A stretch of 64,000 bases of DNA. It comes from Hyaloraphidium curvatum SAG 235-1. Its lineage: Eukaryota > Fungi > Monoblepharomycota. The stretch covers positions 1 to 64,000 of the forward strand of contig JAIVFI010000047.1 of the NCBI GenBank assembly GCA_025558095.1. The letters run 5' to 3'. The notes below the pieces were generated by a model, which saw only the letters and a list, made by a program, of their open reading frames with translations, ran no database searches and was not told where the DNA came from. Of the stretch, positions 22,177-35,099 are shown piece after piece (within the stretch, counting starts at the first letter, position 1; every line of letters starts with the position of its first letter). Made by a program: the position numbers and the translations under genes.

Positions 22177-24009
22177 CTACAACCGCATCCACACCTTCCC
22201 ACCCGCCAAATCGAACCTGAGCAAGCAGGTGATCACCGCCCCGAGCAGCAGCGTGAATCCGCCGTACATCTGCACGGGGATCCAATTGATCGACACCGTG
22301 CCGTCCGGCAAGGTGGTTGTCTGCGAATCGATGATGGCACCCCCGATAACGGGCCCTACGAGTCCGCCCGGCACGAACGCAACGTAAACCATGCCCAGAG
22401 TGGTCCCGATCTGGGCTGTCCCGAACGCCTTGACGAGCGTGAGCGGCAGCGTGCTTGCGTATCCGCCGGCCACGAAGCCGTACAAGAACATCAAACCCAT
22501 TTGGCTCGCAAACGTGAACGAGAAGGGCCAGAAAACCAAATCGCAGAGGGCGCCAACGAACACGCAGATGACGAACGTGTTTGCCGCACCCATTAGGTCC
22601 GAAGTGAAGCCCTGGAAGATCCGACCGAAGAAGGAGAAGAGGTTCAGGAAACCAACAAGATTGGCTCCCTGGTTCGCCGTCAGCCCGATGTAAACCGAAT
22701 AAAGTGGAGTGTAGATGGTGATTGTGAAGAACCCAAACTGTATGGCGAGCAGAGCACCGAAAGCAAGCCAGAATCGGCGTTGCCGGAGCTTGGAAAAGTC
22801 CAAAAGTGGTGCGCCGCGCAGCCGTGGAAACCGAGGGCGCATGGCGATCGCAACGAAGACATACACAATGGCCGCAACAAGCGCGGTGATGCGGAGCGCC
22901 CAACGGAACCCGAATCGGTCCAGCATCGCTTGCGTCCCCGGTCCTAATGCGAAACCTCCCATACCCACGCCTGTCCGGGACGGCCAGGTGAGCGTCGCGT
23001 TTGCCGCGCGTCTGCTCCATCACCTACCACTAACCGCGATGCCCATTGCCAAGCCCCGGCGCTTGTCAAAGTACTGCGGGATTATGCTAAGCGGGGGATA
23101 GTAGGTGAAGCTGGCACCGATGCCCTTGATCAGTCCTTGCGTGAGGAAAAGCTGCCAGAGTTCAACGGAGAAACTGGCCAGCACGAGCCCGACCACGTAA
23201 ATGCACGCCCCGGTAACCACGACATTGCGAGGACCCCAAGTGTCTGTTAGGCGGCCCGCGACTATCCCAAAAATTCCGAAGCAACCCGCACTGACGCTGC
23301 CGACAAGGGCAACGGCCCGGTTCGTGCTTCCGGGAAAGATTTGGTTCGAGTAGAAGTAAGATTGATAGACACCAAATGCCCCTGAAAGTGAGAGACGTGG
23401 AGGATCAGGACGTACTCTTATTGATGTCTCCGCTAAGCACTCACAGTCGCTTCCTCCAGCAAGAGCGCAGGTGAAGAAAGCGGCCACCATGACGAGCCAG
23501 CCCCAACCGCCTTCGGGAGGCGGGCCCAGGCGGGAGATCGTCTGGTTGAAGGACTCCGTTGCGGATAGTACTTTTTGCGGTCCGTCGCCGGGATCGCGAT
23601 GCAGTTCGTCACTGGGATCGTGATGCAGCTCCTCCATTTGCATGGTAAACTCGTCGCTATCCTCTTCAGCTCCTGCGTCCTTAGAAGTGGTCGCCGGTTC
23701 GTGCAGCACCGGCCGGTCCGTCACTTCCAAAGGCGGCGAGCCTTCCTTGGGCTCGAGGGAAGCCGGCAAGTGCGGTGAGCCCGAGTCCGACGCTTCGGTG
23801 GGGGCCACCGGCCCGTTTGGAACATCGCTTTCCGAGTCCTTCAACGTCCGCGAAACTGCCAACGGATCACTGTCCTGTTCCTCCGGCCGGCCAGGAGCCT
23901 CCACCGGCTGTTTCACTGCCGAGGAGTGCGACAAAGCCTGGGCCTTCCTGTCCGACCAATCGCCGTTCTCGGCCCGGACGCCAACGTCTATCGACGATCC
24001 AGTGTCCAT
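22177..24009 (-). CDS. MFS monocarboxylate-transporter-like permease
   Basis: PPEGGWGWLV, GRLTDTWGPR, QYFDKRRGLAMGIAVSG, two introns. Confidence 0.92.
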
Positions 24010-24135
24010 CTCTAGCCGCTGGCAGCGCTCAGCGCCAGCTGCTCCACTGGTGGTGGAGAGAAGTGGAGTGGGTGGCAAATGCCGCGCCGCGGCCCCGCCA
24101 CTACTGCCTCGTTGACGCCGCTCGCTCATCAGCCG

Positions 24136-24924
24136 ATGAGCGGCGAGCAAGACCGTAACGCTGCAGAAAATTACCGAGAGACGTTGCCCACGGACCATGA
24201 AACCGCGATTGGCCCCGGAGCCTCGCCGGACGCGTCCCGCTCCAGGGATTCGGACACTCTTCGCATCCCGCCCCAGATACCGCGCCAGACACGTTCCATG
24301 CTGACGGACATCCTTGCTGCGCGTCGGCGATACCTTGAAATATGTGCCGATACCCTGGACACGGCCACTGCGGTGGCAAACCTAGCTCTGAAGAGGAACA
24401 ACGCCCGCGCAAAGGCGGGCAAGTGGGCCCCTGGCGAAACCGAGGACGAGATCGGGTGGGAAGCCACCGCGGAAGAGCTCGACGCTGAGTGCAGGGATAC
24501 CGTGGATTACCTCCGGGATACCGCGATCGCGAAGCTCGAAAGCTTGGTCGCGAGGTTGGAGCTCGCGCTGAAGCGCATTCTTCACCTCTCGACCGAGACA
24601 TCCCGAAACCACGGTTCGATCATGGTAGCTGAGCGGCCGGTGCTCGGACTGTTCACCTTGGACGCGCTAGGTAGGTCTGAGCGGGACATGGTAAGAACGA
24701 TCCTGACGACGCCGTGATCTCCAGTTGGGTGGGCGCAATCGGTCACAGATTCCTGTAGCAAGGACTTGCGTCTGCGGCGCTCTCTTGCGAACATTCATTT
24801 GGCGGCCGTGAAGACCAGGCAGGAAGCGATCCTCTATCTGGCGGCGTGGCGGCACGGGCCGTACCTGGACGACGCGGACGACGACCTAGGTGGCATGGCA
24901 GACTTGATCGAATGCGCCATGTAG
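24136..24924 (+). CDS. CINP-like coiled-coil protein
   Basis: Intron ~24671-24724; C-terminus SKDLRLRRSLA...ILYLAAWRHGPYLDD resembles the CINP family W-x-H-x-PY motif. Confidence 0.55.
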
Positions 24925-24941
24925 ATCATCTGCAGTACCGG

Positions 24942-25445
24942 CTACAGAGCTGACCTCTTGCTCTCGGTTTTCGCGAGGAACCTGGTGCCATCAACAATCA
25001 CTCGGGTGTGCGTGCCCCGGCCGACCAGTTCCTTCTCGTCCTTCACGGAAATATCAAACTCCATCTGCCGCTTTTCGAACTTCACCAGCCTCGCTTCCGC
25101 TGTGACCTTCATTCCCCGGGGAGTCGCGGCGAGGTGTTCCACCGTGATCAGTGTCCCAACCGTGGTCCACGGATCCGCCAGATGGCGCTGTGCAGCCTCA
25201 AAGGCAGCGCGTTCCGACAGCGCGACGAGCATGGGAGTCGCCTTTGGAGCGTCAGAAGCTCGTCTGGCGCGATCCGTACCTCGAAACCCACGAAGACAGG
25301 CAACCCTCCGCTTCCCACTGTCGCGGCGGTATTCGTGTCATCAACTGTCAGACTGGTCCCAGGAATCAGCTTCATTTCGAGCAGTTGTAGCCCTGATCCA
25401 CCTCGCTGTGCCAACGAGGTCCGCAGGGAACGTGAACGCCGACAT
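24942..25445 (-). CDS. FlK-like (fluoroacetyl-CoA thioesterase family) hotdog-fold thioesterase
   Basis: TAATVGSGGLPVF|ATPMLVALSERAA, TTVGT..VEHLAATP, GRGTHTR; two introns. Confidence 0.88.
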
Positions 25446-25693
25446 CTTTGTTTGGGTGACAGCGGCAGCGCGCGCCCGCGCACGCCGATCCTCTCATGCG
25501 CGCATTTTCGAAAATGGTAGAAGCCTACGATTGAATTGTTAGCTCCAGCTACTACACAAGCGAAGATTCTTGGGCATGTATAGGCGACGGAAGCTTCAAT
25601 CCACCGGCAACCATTACAATGGGGAGGGGGTTCGGGGACGAATGGACGTGCGGGATGGCCTCCAAAAGAAGATTCTTGAACAAGCATAGTCGG

Positions 25694-26598
25694 CTAGAGC
25701 TTCGACCCGCCGGTAACCTGCCCCTCAACCCAGAGCTTGCGGTGGAACATGTCGAAGATCAGTTCAAAACTGACGCGCGCCGCGGCGGGATCGTAGCGGC
25801 CCTTGGAGAGCTCGTCGCGGATGTAGGCGTGCTGCACATGAGCCAGTTCCAGAAAGGTGTGCGTGATGCCGTACTCGTTGAGCTTCTCGCGGATCAGGGT
25901 CCTTCCGGCAAGGGGGATGTGTGTATCCAAGTGCCCAAAGATCACCATAAGCTCGCCCCGCACGTCCTTGATCCTCTGCAACGTGTCTGCATTCTTTCCC
26001 TTGGCTAGCGATCCGGCATGGACCTGGAAAAGTGGTGTCAATGGATGCAAATGAGTGCGGGCCGAGGCAACCCACGTCCGTGGGCTCGATCAAAGCAGCG
26101 CAGCGAACCCTCGGGTCGAACGCGGCCCGCAGGGCAAGGTGGCCTCCGATGCAGATCCCGGCGGTGCCGACAGCACCCGTGCATTGAGGGTGCTTCAGGA
26201 TGTAATCCAAAACTGCCTTCGAGTCTTCGTCGTACGATTTGAGCTCCTTTTCCACCTTGAGCGCGTTCCCACGGTCGGTGCCTTGGTCGTCGTACGGAAA
26301 CTGGGCACCCGGTTCCTCGAATTCGTGGTAGATCTCCGGGGCGGCAACGATGTACCCTCTGCGGGAACGCGTCAGAATGCCCGGCGGCGAGGTCGACTCG
26401 GGAAGGAGCGACGCACCTCCCACTCGCCATGCGGCAGAAGCGCTTGATGGGCTCAGTGACCTGGTAAATTTCGCTGAACACGACGATTCCGGGAAAGCGG
26501 AGCTTCTGCTGCTCGCCGGGCATTGTCGGGGTGAAAACGTGCGTCCTCAGAATGCCGTAGGACGTTCGCAGGTCCTCGAAGGACTCTAACACGAGCAT
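25694..26598 (-). CDS. Dienelactone hydrolase family protein
   Basis: VFSEIYQVT, GICIGGHLA nucleophile motif, FGHLDTH, HAYIRDE; two introns. Confidence 0.92.
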
Positions 26599-26814
26599 CG
26601 TGACGCGTTGACTAGCAACCGATGAAGGCTGGTTTCAAAGGGCTGAGACGCGTGACGCAGGAGTGCCGGTAAACAACGGAGGCTGTTTCTATAGCTCGCG
26701 GCCAGCTGAAGCTGTGGCGGGGAGTGCGGCGGCGCCGCGGGGGACAGAGTGATCGGTCCGTGCGGTCGTCGTCATCAACCAAACAACTCGACCCGCCCGC
26801 GCCGCTTTCGTGAG

Positions 26815-28144
26815 ATGTCGAAGCCAAAGCACCTCATCGTCCTCCTTCCTGGCGATGGTATTGGCCCGGAGGTTGTTGGGCAGGCGAAGCGGGTGCTGGA
26901 CCTGATCGCTGAGAAGCGGAAGGCCGTCGTGGATTTCGAGTTTCGGGAGGAGCTCATCGGCGGGGCTGCCATCGACGCCACTGGTGATTCGGCCTCTTTT
27001 CCCAGACGAGAACTGTCTTTGACCATTTTTCTTTGTCGCCGAATCGCGATGGCCCGTGGAACCTCCTGCAATCTAGGCAAGCCGCTTCCGGAAAAGACCC
27101 TCGCGTCCTGCAAACAGGCCTCCGCCGTCGTGCTCGGTGCCGTCGGCGGGCCGAAATGGGGCACCGCGGCGATCAGGCCGGAGCAGGGTCTGCTGGAGAT
27201 TAGGAAGGCGCTGGACCTGTACGCCAACATCCGGCCGTGCTACTTCCCGAGCGAATCGCTGGTCAAGCACAGCCCGCTGAAGGAGGAATACGCCCGCGGG
27301 ACGGAGTTTGTCGTCATGCGGGAGCTGACGGGCGGCATCTACTACGGGAACAGGCAGGAGGAGACGAACGGCGTCGGTGGGTATTCTCAAACTGGAGATG
27401 GGGCCGTCGACCGACATTCTTGCCAACGCAGCGTACGACACCATGATCTACAACGTCGGCGAGATCGAGCGCATCACGCGGATAGCCGCGTCCATCTCGC
27501 TCCTGTACAACCCGCCGTGGCCCATCATCTCCGTGGACAAGGCCAACGTGCTGGCCACCTCGCGCCTGTGGCGCAAAACCGTCACTCGCGTGCTCGAGAC
27601 CGAGTACCCGCAGATCAAATTCTCGCACCAGCTCGTGGACTCGTGCTCCATGATCATGGTCAAGTCGCCCAAGGCGCTCAACGGCGTGCTCCTGATGGAG
27701 AACATGTTCGGCGACATCCTCAGTGACGAATCCAGCATCATCCCCGGCAGCCTGGGGCTCCTGCCCAGCGCCAGCTTGAACGGCTGGGGCAGGCAGAGCA
27801 TCGGTCTCTACGAGCCGATCCACGGCAGCGCGCCCGACATTGCCGGGCAGGGTAAGTCCGTCCGTGAACTGTCCTCAATCTCAACTCATCCAACTTTTCA
27901 AGGCATCGCAAACCCCATCGGTACCATCCTCTCGCTGGCCATGATGTTCCGGTACTCCCTCGGGATGGACGCCGAGGCCCAGGCGGTGGAGAACGCGGTC
28001 CGCAAGGTGCTGGACGACAAGTCCGCCGGGGGCTACGGCATGCTGACCAAGGACCTGGGCGGCGATTCGTCCACGACCGAGATCGGAGATGCCGTGCTCA
28101 AGGCCCTTGGACCGGAGCTCGAGAAGCTGGCCGGCAAACTGTAG
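26815..28144 (+). CDS. LEU2: 3-isopropylmalate dehydrogenase
   Basis: [63 protein letters not shown]; introns 26984-27076, 27377-27431, ~27852-27902. Confidence 0.97.
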
Positions 28145-28228
28145 ACGCGGTGGTTCTAAAACTAGAAAGTAGAGCGTATTGAGCCTCCATCAACGAGTCC
28201 ATTTTCGTCATTTTCGTCCATGAACAGG

Positions 28229-29271
28229 TCACCGCGGCCGAGGCTGCGGGGCCCTGGTCTGATTCAGGAAGCCCGCGGTCCCTCCAGACGGCACCATCAA
28301 GTCCTCGACGTTCTCAAAAGTCCGGCCCGGTCTCCCCTGCGTCGGAGTTGCTCCCGTCGGAGTCTGCGGGCCGCCGCCGGCAGCGCTCGCCGCACCCAGC
28401 GCCGCGGTCTGCACCGAGATGTTGGCCGCCGCGCCGCGAAGTCGGGGATCGTTCGGGTTCATTTGCGTCGTGGGGGGCGCAGGTGCAGGCTGAGGTGCGG
28501 CAGGCCGCGTGAGGAGCGAGGAAGCACTCTTGCGTTCCGCCGGCGCCCCCGAGCGGTCTCCGAGCACCGAACCCGAAGAGCCCGTCCGTTGGATGCGCGG
28601 TCCGGCGGCGGAACTGGCCGCCGGAGTCCCGTCCATCTCCGGTGTCTGCGGCCGCGCAATTGAGGCGATCTGGGCCAACTGCGATGCGAATTCAGCCCGC
28701 GCAGGAAAGCTCCGCGGAGATTTCTCACCTCCTGGTTCATCGGCCTGGCCATGAGCTGGGTCTGCACCGTGTCCCGATACTGCGCATCTATCGTCTGCCG
28801 CTCTGGCGCGTTCTTGCCGAACCGAGCGTCGTACGCGTTCGCCAGCTCAATGAACCGGTCGCGAATCTGCTTGTCCCAGATCAAGCTGACCTGCGCGAGG
28901 AAGAGACCCCTGACGTTTTCCCCGTACGTCCCGGCCGCGGAGCGGTCCTCGATCATCGCGTCCGGGACGTGCACCGGCCCCAGCTCCGCCATCGAAGCCG
29001 CGCTCTCCATGAGCGAACGCAGGTCCGCGGGCGAAGCGAACGCATTGTCCATGTCCCATTCGCCGAAACACGCGCTCATGGCGTCGACCAGGGCCTCGGA
29101 CGAGAGCACGTCGATCTCCGCCCGGATGGCCGCGGCGAAGCGGTTGCAGAGCCGGTCCAGCTGGTGCAACAGCTCGCGCCGCGCGCCCTCCCGATCCCAC
29201 GCCGCCGCCTCCGGGTAGTACGACTCCATTTCCTGGGCCAAATCCCACGTCCGCTTCCTCGAACCGGCCAT
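28229..29271 (-). CDS. Hypothetical protein between LEU2 and LEU1
   Basis: [11 protein letters not shown]... helical domain, intron 28728-28679, low-complexity tail. Confidence 0.7.
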
Positions 29272-29510
29272 CGTTGCTGGGCCTCCCAGACTGCTCCCAG
29301 AAGCGGAATGATCACGGCCGTGCCGCCGCCGCGAAGACAAACAAAAGAGTCTCCCCTCCTCCATCGTCCTCGTGGGCTCTTGCGCTTCTGCTGCGCACGT
29401 TTCGTTGTGCTTATTGTCATCTGCTGCCCGGCATCGGCCCCGTCCCGCCGACCCTGGCACCCCACCGTCTCCCGCACGCAGCCCGCGCCACCGCGGCCTC
29501 CTCCGCAGCC

Positions 29511-31766
29511 ATGGCGCCCCTGACGATGTACGACAAGATCTTCCGGGACCACGTAATCGACACGATGGAGGACGGCACGGCGCTGATCTACATCGACCGC
29601 CACCTGGTTCACGAGGTCACCTCGCCGCAGGCCTTCGAGGGTCTCCGCAAGGCCGGTCGCAAGGTGCGCCGGCCCGACAACACGCTGGCGACCGTGGACC
29701 ACAACATCCCGACGACCTCGCGCGCGAGCTTCAAGTCGGTCGAGACCTTCATCAAGGAGGCCGACTCGCGGCAGCAGTGCCAGACGCTGGAGGAGAACGT
29801 GGTGGCCTTTGGCCTCACCTACTTCGGAATGACGGACAAGCGCCAGGGCATCGTGCACGTCATTGGCCCCGAGCAGGGCTTCACGCTGCCCGGCACCACG
29901 GTCGTGTGCGGCGACAGCCACACCTCGACACACGGCGCCTTTGGCGCGCTGGCCTTCGGCATCGGCACCTCCGAGGTCGAGCACGTCCTGGCCACGCAGA
30001 CGCTGCTGCAGAAAAAGTCCAAGAACATGCGGATCACCGTCAACGGCAAGCTGCCCGAGGGATCCAGTTCCAAGGACATTGTGCTCCACGCCATCGGCAT
30101 CATCGGCACCGCGGGCGGCACGGGCTCCGTCATCGAGTTTGCCGGCGAGGCCATCCGCGCCCTGTCGATGGAGGCCCGCATGTCCATCTGCAACATGTCG
30201 ATCGAGGGCGGCGCCCGCGCGGGCCTGATCGCCCCCGACGAGATCACCTTCGAGTACCTCAAGGGCCGGCCCATGGCCCCGCGCGGCGAGGAATGGGACC
30301 GCGCGGTCGCCTACTGGAAGACGCTGGCTTCGGACGAGGGCGCCAAGTACGACATCGAGGTCGAGATTGACGCGGCGTCGGTGATCCCCACCGTGACGTG
30401 GGGCACGAGTCCGCAGGACGTGGTCCCGATCACGGGCAACGTGCCCGACCCGGCCAAGGTGCAGGACCCCGTCAAGCGCGCGGCCATGGAGCGCGCGCTG
30501 CAGTACATGGGCCTGGAGCCCAACCGGAAGATGGACGAGATCCCCGTGGACAAGGTCTTCATCGGCTCGTGCACCAACTCGCGCATCGAGGACATGCGCG
30601 CCGCCGCGGGCGTCGTCGCCGGCCGCAAGGTGGCTCCCAACGTGCACGCCTTGATCGTCCCCGGCTCGGGCCTGGTCAAGAAGCAGATGGAGGCCGAGGG
30701 CCTCGACAAGGTCTTTGTCGACGCCGGGTTCGACTACCGCGAGGCCGGGTGCTCCATGTGCCTGGGCATGAACCCCGACATCCTGCAGCCCGGGGAGCGC
30801 TGCGCGTCTACCTCGAACCGCAACTTCGAGGGCCGCCAGGGGCAAGGCGGGCGCACGCATCTGGTCAGCCCGATGATGGCGGCCGCTGCAGCCGTGACGG
30901 GCAAGCTGACGGACGTGCGCACGCTGCTGGGCGCCGCCGACAAGCCCGGATACACCGTCACCAAGCACTCGTGGAGCGAGTTCTTGGAGCCCGAGGCCCC
31001 GATCCCCGCCGCCTTCCTGGACGGCGCCTCGGCCGAGGGCGCGGCCGCCAACGGCTCCGGCGCCGCCGCGTCGGGTGGCATGCCGGCCTTCACCGTGCTC
31101 AAGGGCATCGCGGCCCCCCTGCCGGTCCCCAACATCGACACGGACGCCATCATCCCCAAGCAGTTCCTCAAGACCATCCTCAAGACGGGCCTGGGCGTGA
31201 GCCTGTTCTACGAGCGCCGCTACGACCCCGCCACGGGCGCGGAGCGGCCCGAGTTCGTGCTCAACCGGGAGCCCTACCGCCGCGCCACGATCCTCGTGGC
31301 CGGCGAGAACTTTGGCTGCGGCTCCTCGCGCGAGCACGCGCCCTGGGCCCTGAACGACTTCGGCATCCGCTGCATCATCGCGCCCTCGTTCGCCGACATC
31401 TTCTTCAACAACTGCTTCAAGAACGGCATGCTGCCCGTCGTGCTGCCCCGCGAGGCCGTGGACGAGCTGATGGCCGACGCCGAGGCCGGGCTGGAGCTCG
31501 AGGTGGACCTGCCCGCGCAGGTGATCCGCCGCTCCAACGGCAAGGAGGTCAAGTTCGACGTCGAGGAGTTCCGCAAGTACTGCCTGGTCAACGGGTTCGA
31601 CGACATCGGCCTGACGATGCAGAAGGCGGACAAGATCGCCGCGTTCGAGGGGCGGAGGAGCGAGGAGTACCCGTGGCTGGACGGCGCCGGGTACCGCGGC
31701 AAGGGTATGGAGGGCGCCACGAGGCTGCGGCCGCACGTGGAGAAGAAGGCGGGGATGGAATGGTAG
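29511..31766 (+). CDS. LEU1: 3-isopropylmalate dehydratase (fused LeuC-LeuD), intronless
   Basis: [72 protein letters not shown]. Confidence 0.98.
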   Translation: MAPLTMYDKIFRDHVIDTMEDGTALIYIDRHLVHEVTSPQAFEGLRKAGRKVRRPDNTLATVDHNIPTTSRASFKSVETFIKEADSRQQCQTLEENVVAFGLTYFGMTDKRQGIVHVIGPEQGFTLPGTTVVCGDSHTSTHGAFGALAFGIGTSEVEHVLATQTLLQKKSKNMRITVNGKLPEGSSSKDIVLHAIGIIGTAGGTGSVIEFAGEAIRALSMEARMSICNMSIEGGARAGLIAPDEITFEYLKGRPMAPRGEEWDRAVAYWKTLASDEGAKYDIEVEIDAASVIPTVTWGTSPQDVVPITGNVPDPAKVQDPVKRAAMERALQYMGLEPNRKMDEIPVDKVFIGSCTNSRIEDMRAAAGVVAGRKVAPNVHALIVPGSGLVKKQMEAEGLDKVFVDAGFDYREAGCSMCLGMNPDILQPGERCASTSNRNFEGRQGQGGRTHLVSPMMAAAAAVTGKLTDVRTLLGAADKPGYTVTKHSWSEFLEPEAPIPAAFLDGASAEGAAANGSGAAASGGMPAFTVLKGIAAPLPVPNIDTDAIIPKQFLKTILKTGLGVSLFYERRYDPATGAERPEFVLNREPYRRATILVAGENFGCGSSREHAPWALNDFGIRCIIAPSFADIFFNNCFKNGMLPVVLPREAVDELMADAEAGLELEVDLPAQVIRRSNGKEVKFDVEEFRKYCLVNGFDDIGLTMQKADKIAAFEGRRSEEYPWLDGAGYRGKGMEGATRLRPHVEKKAGMEW

Positions 31767-31845
31767 AAAAAGGACCGACGAGCCCGCGGGCGATTTGGCA
31801 GCCGATCCGGCCGCGCATGTAGAGCGCAAAAGCCGGGCCCATGCA

Positions 31846-33496
31846 TTAGACGGGGGAGGTGAACGTTTCCGCCACCCTGACGAACTCCCGCGCCGTCGGC
31901 AACGCCAGCAGCGCGCCGTGCCCGCCCTTGCCCGCCTCGGGCTTGCCCACGAGAACGAACCTCCCCCTCGAATGCCGCTTGACCGCCGCGTACAGGACCA
32001 GCACCGACGCCGCGGGGCCCATGTCCGCCAGCGCGTGCTCGGGCGGGTTGGCGACGATCTCCACCAGGCTCTCGTCCAGCAGCGACGGCGCCAGGTCGCC
32101 CTTGACCAGCGCGGGGAGCGTGGCAGGGTCCTTGGCCAGCTGCAGGGCCAGAAGGGCGGCTTGGGCGCGGGGGGCCTCGCGCGGGTCCGTGCCGGATTTG
32201 GCGGACGCGACGAGGCGCCGGAAGACGGTGCCGGGGATGGCGATTACGAAGGGGGGGGAGGAGCGCGTGCGGGGGTCCGAGGGGAATTGCGTCCATGCGT
32301 GCTGTGCAGCAAAGGGGGCGTCAGGTTGGGAACAATATCGTGTGCGAGCAAAGCACCTTTGCGATCCAGCCCACGACGGCCTCGATGCCCTCCCACCCGG
32401 CTTCGATCAGCCCGTCGTAAGTGAACGCGACCACACCCCGCGACGCCGGCCAGATTTCGGCAAAGTAACCCCCCGCACCCGCCGGATTGGCCACGGGGAA
32501 CCCGAATTCGTAGAACCGCGTGGCACGGTGCGGAGCCTGCAGCCACGCCGCGACCCGCCGCACATGCAGCGCGTGCCGCACCGCCGGCCTGACGACGAAC
32601 GCCAGGTCGGGCGGCGGGCCGCCGGGGGAGTAGTCCGCCGATCCCGCGCGGCGCAGCATCAGCAGCAGATCCTCGTAGTCCCCATCGCCCTGCCGTCCGA
32701 GCACCGAGCAGGTTTTGCCCTCGGGGTGCAGCGCGGGCAGGCCGGCGGCGCGGAGCAGGGCCTCGGTGCGGAAGGCGGGAGGGTCGAGCAGGGATTCGTT
32801 GCGCGAGGTGCGCGAGCCGGAGGTGCCCCATTCGTCGGCGGCGGATCGCAGGGAGCACCCTGCGGCGTCGGCGTCGGAAAAGGGGACGGCGAACAGGGCG
32901 AGGCCGCGGTCGCCCGGGTCGGGCAGCTGCGCGCCGGCCACCTGCACGCCGGGCGGCACGACGAACGCGGCGATGTCCGGGAAAAGCAGCACGGCGATGC
33001 GGTTGCGGATCCTCAGCTGGGCCGCGCTGCGCGAGAACGCGTCCGGCGGGTTGGTGGTGCCTGCCAGCCGCAGCTCGAAGGCGCCAGGCGGAGTCCCGGC
33101 GGCGACCAGCGCGGCGACGAGGTCGGCGAGCGATTTGGCGGGAATCGCGCCGGCGATGCGCCACGCCGCGGGTTCGCTTGCCGGGCCGGCCGCGGCCGAC
33201 AGGAGCTGCGCGGTGGCCGCCTCCCGCGCCTTTCCCGCGCCGTCGGCCGCGTTTCCGCCCTCACCGGAGCTGCCCACGCGGAAGGCAAATAGCTCGAAAG
33301 CGGCGTCGCGCGAGGCGGCGAACGGAGACCCGGCCGGTTGAAGCACGCGCACGGAGCCCAGCGGACGCGCTACCGGCGCCGATGTCCGGTCCGCCGCCGC
33401 CCGTTTGAACTTTGGCAGAGCATTGGACGATGGTGCCGCGCGTTTGGCAGGCCGCCGCGCCACCAGGGGGCGCTCATCCTCGGAAGCCGAACTCAT
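31846..33496 (-). CDS. Hypothetical protein, 2 exons
   Basis: Long GC3-biased frame from MSSASEDE, intron ~32355-32290, final exon ending FTSPV*. Confidence 0.65.
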
Positions 33497-34016
33497 TGTT
33501 CGGAGTTCTACTCGGGCCGGCCGGGACGAGAGGACCAAACCCGCCATTAACGCCTCTGAATCCTGCCGGATTACGCATCTCAAGGCTGCACGAATCTTGC
33601 TCAACTCTGCCGCAGCCGCACCAGTATCGTCGAGGGACACGATTGCCGGGGCACTGTCCCCGTTTCCGCCTTCCTCGCGCCCCACAGAATCGCAATCGCT
33701 GAAGCGCCGCAGGACCGGTAGCGATGTTGACAGTGGACAAGGCCGCGCGAAGATACCGAGACAGGCTTTAATCGTTACTTCCCTCGAGACACGACCCCGA
33801 ATTCCCTAAGCCGCCATCCGCCTCGAACCCCGCCACCCGGATCCAGCCCTCAAGAAAAGTCCGCGCGAAAGTACCCGGGATAGCCGGCCAGTGCCGACGT
33901 CCCTCCTCCGCCAACCCCGCCTCCGGTGCCCGTCTTGGCGACTTGATGCGATGCTGCTGGAATTCGCTCGGTCAGAAACAAGCTGGCAGGCTCCGGCGCG
34001 GCCCGACCTACCCCAA

Positions 34017-34232
34017 TCAGCAGGGCTCGTCCCTGGTGTGGCCGCACGGGCCGCCGAACTTCCAGGACCTGGGGCAGGCGACCTGGTTGCGCCTGCTCCA
34101 GAGGATCCCGAGGGTGCGGACCCTGAGCGGGCTGGCACCGCAGTCGGGGCAGTTGCCGCCCTTGGTCGACCAGAGCGCAGCGTTGAGGGCCTTGAGGAGC
34201 TCCATGGAGGCGTAGCTAGCGATGTCGCTCAT
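34017..34232 (-). CDS. Small putative zinc-ribbon protein (71 aa)
   Basis: CPDC...VACPRSWKFGGPC; coding-like codon use. Confidence 0.4.
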   Translation of the reverse strand: MSDIASYASMELLKALNAALWSTKGGNCPDCGASPLRVRTLGILWSRRNQVACPRSWKFGGPCGHTRDEPC

Positions 34233-34750
34233 TGTGGCCGTTGGTAACGTGAGAGCCGATGGCGTTCGGAGGACAAACGGCCGAGATTATGTAGCACGTA
34301 GGTCCTTAGTAAGTAAACCAAGCAGCGTACGTACTGACGCACGGAAGTGTGTTCGCGGCAGCGCCGATCTCGCGGCAAATTTGCTAGCTGCTGCCCAAGA
34401 ACACCGAGATCTTTGTGCCGAAAGTCTCGTTCGGGCATCCAGCGGCGGCGTCGTTCTTTCTGGTTCCCTAGCTCATCGCGCCGGGACTTGTCTTCCCGCC
34501 GCAAGGCTTCGCGGCGGCGAAGGATGGTTTTCGAGCTCTCGTTGATCTTCCGACTCCCGCCCTCGCTTAGCAGCGCGTGCAATTCGGCGCTCGAACTCTG
34601 GCTGACACGCACGTTGGTCGCGAGCGCGCCCATCTGCGCGTCGCTCCGGAGCACGAGGAGGGGCTAGCCGCTCGCGTCGGCGGACGAGACCGTGCCCAAC
34701 CTGTTGATCGCGTCGAGTGCCTCCCCCACCAGCTTTGCGGGGGCGAACAT
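34229..34750 (-). pseudogene. Interrupted hypothetical ORF (in-frame TAG at 34664-34666)
   Basis: MFAPAKLVGEALDAINRLGTVSSADASG*PLLVLRSDAQMG... continues in the same frame. Confidence 0.4.
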
Positions 34751-35099
34751 TGGACCGCTTAGGCAGGCTATAATGGGGTCGGACGCGGGGGGGCTCGAGG
34801 TCGCAGTGAACAGCTTCTCGATGCAGAGAGCGTGTCAGGTTGGTTAGTTCGAGGTCAGCATGCGTAACGTCAGTCCGCTGCGCATCGAAACTGCCTCAAG
34901 CGTACACAGAGATTCGCTAGTCGACGTTTGGAGGGGCACGTGGGGGTTCTCAGATGAGGGGCGCAGTCAGTCGGCACAGCTTCTGAGAAGTCCAGCTGAG
35001 AAGTCCAACCCCGCCCAGTAGTAGTGTGCAACGCAAGCGTTCTTATCGTCTCCTTCGCACCACGCTCGCGGAGTCTCCTGCCGTCCCGCCGCTACCGGG

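Noticed and set aside
26600-26660. ACGCGT/GTGACGC repeats as a leucine-regulatory element upstream of LEU2
   Set aside because: Not seen upstream of LEU1, no clear Leu3-type site, and such words are common in GC-rich DNA.
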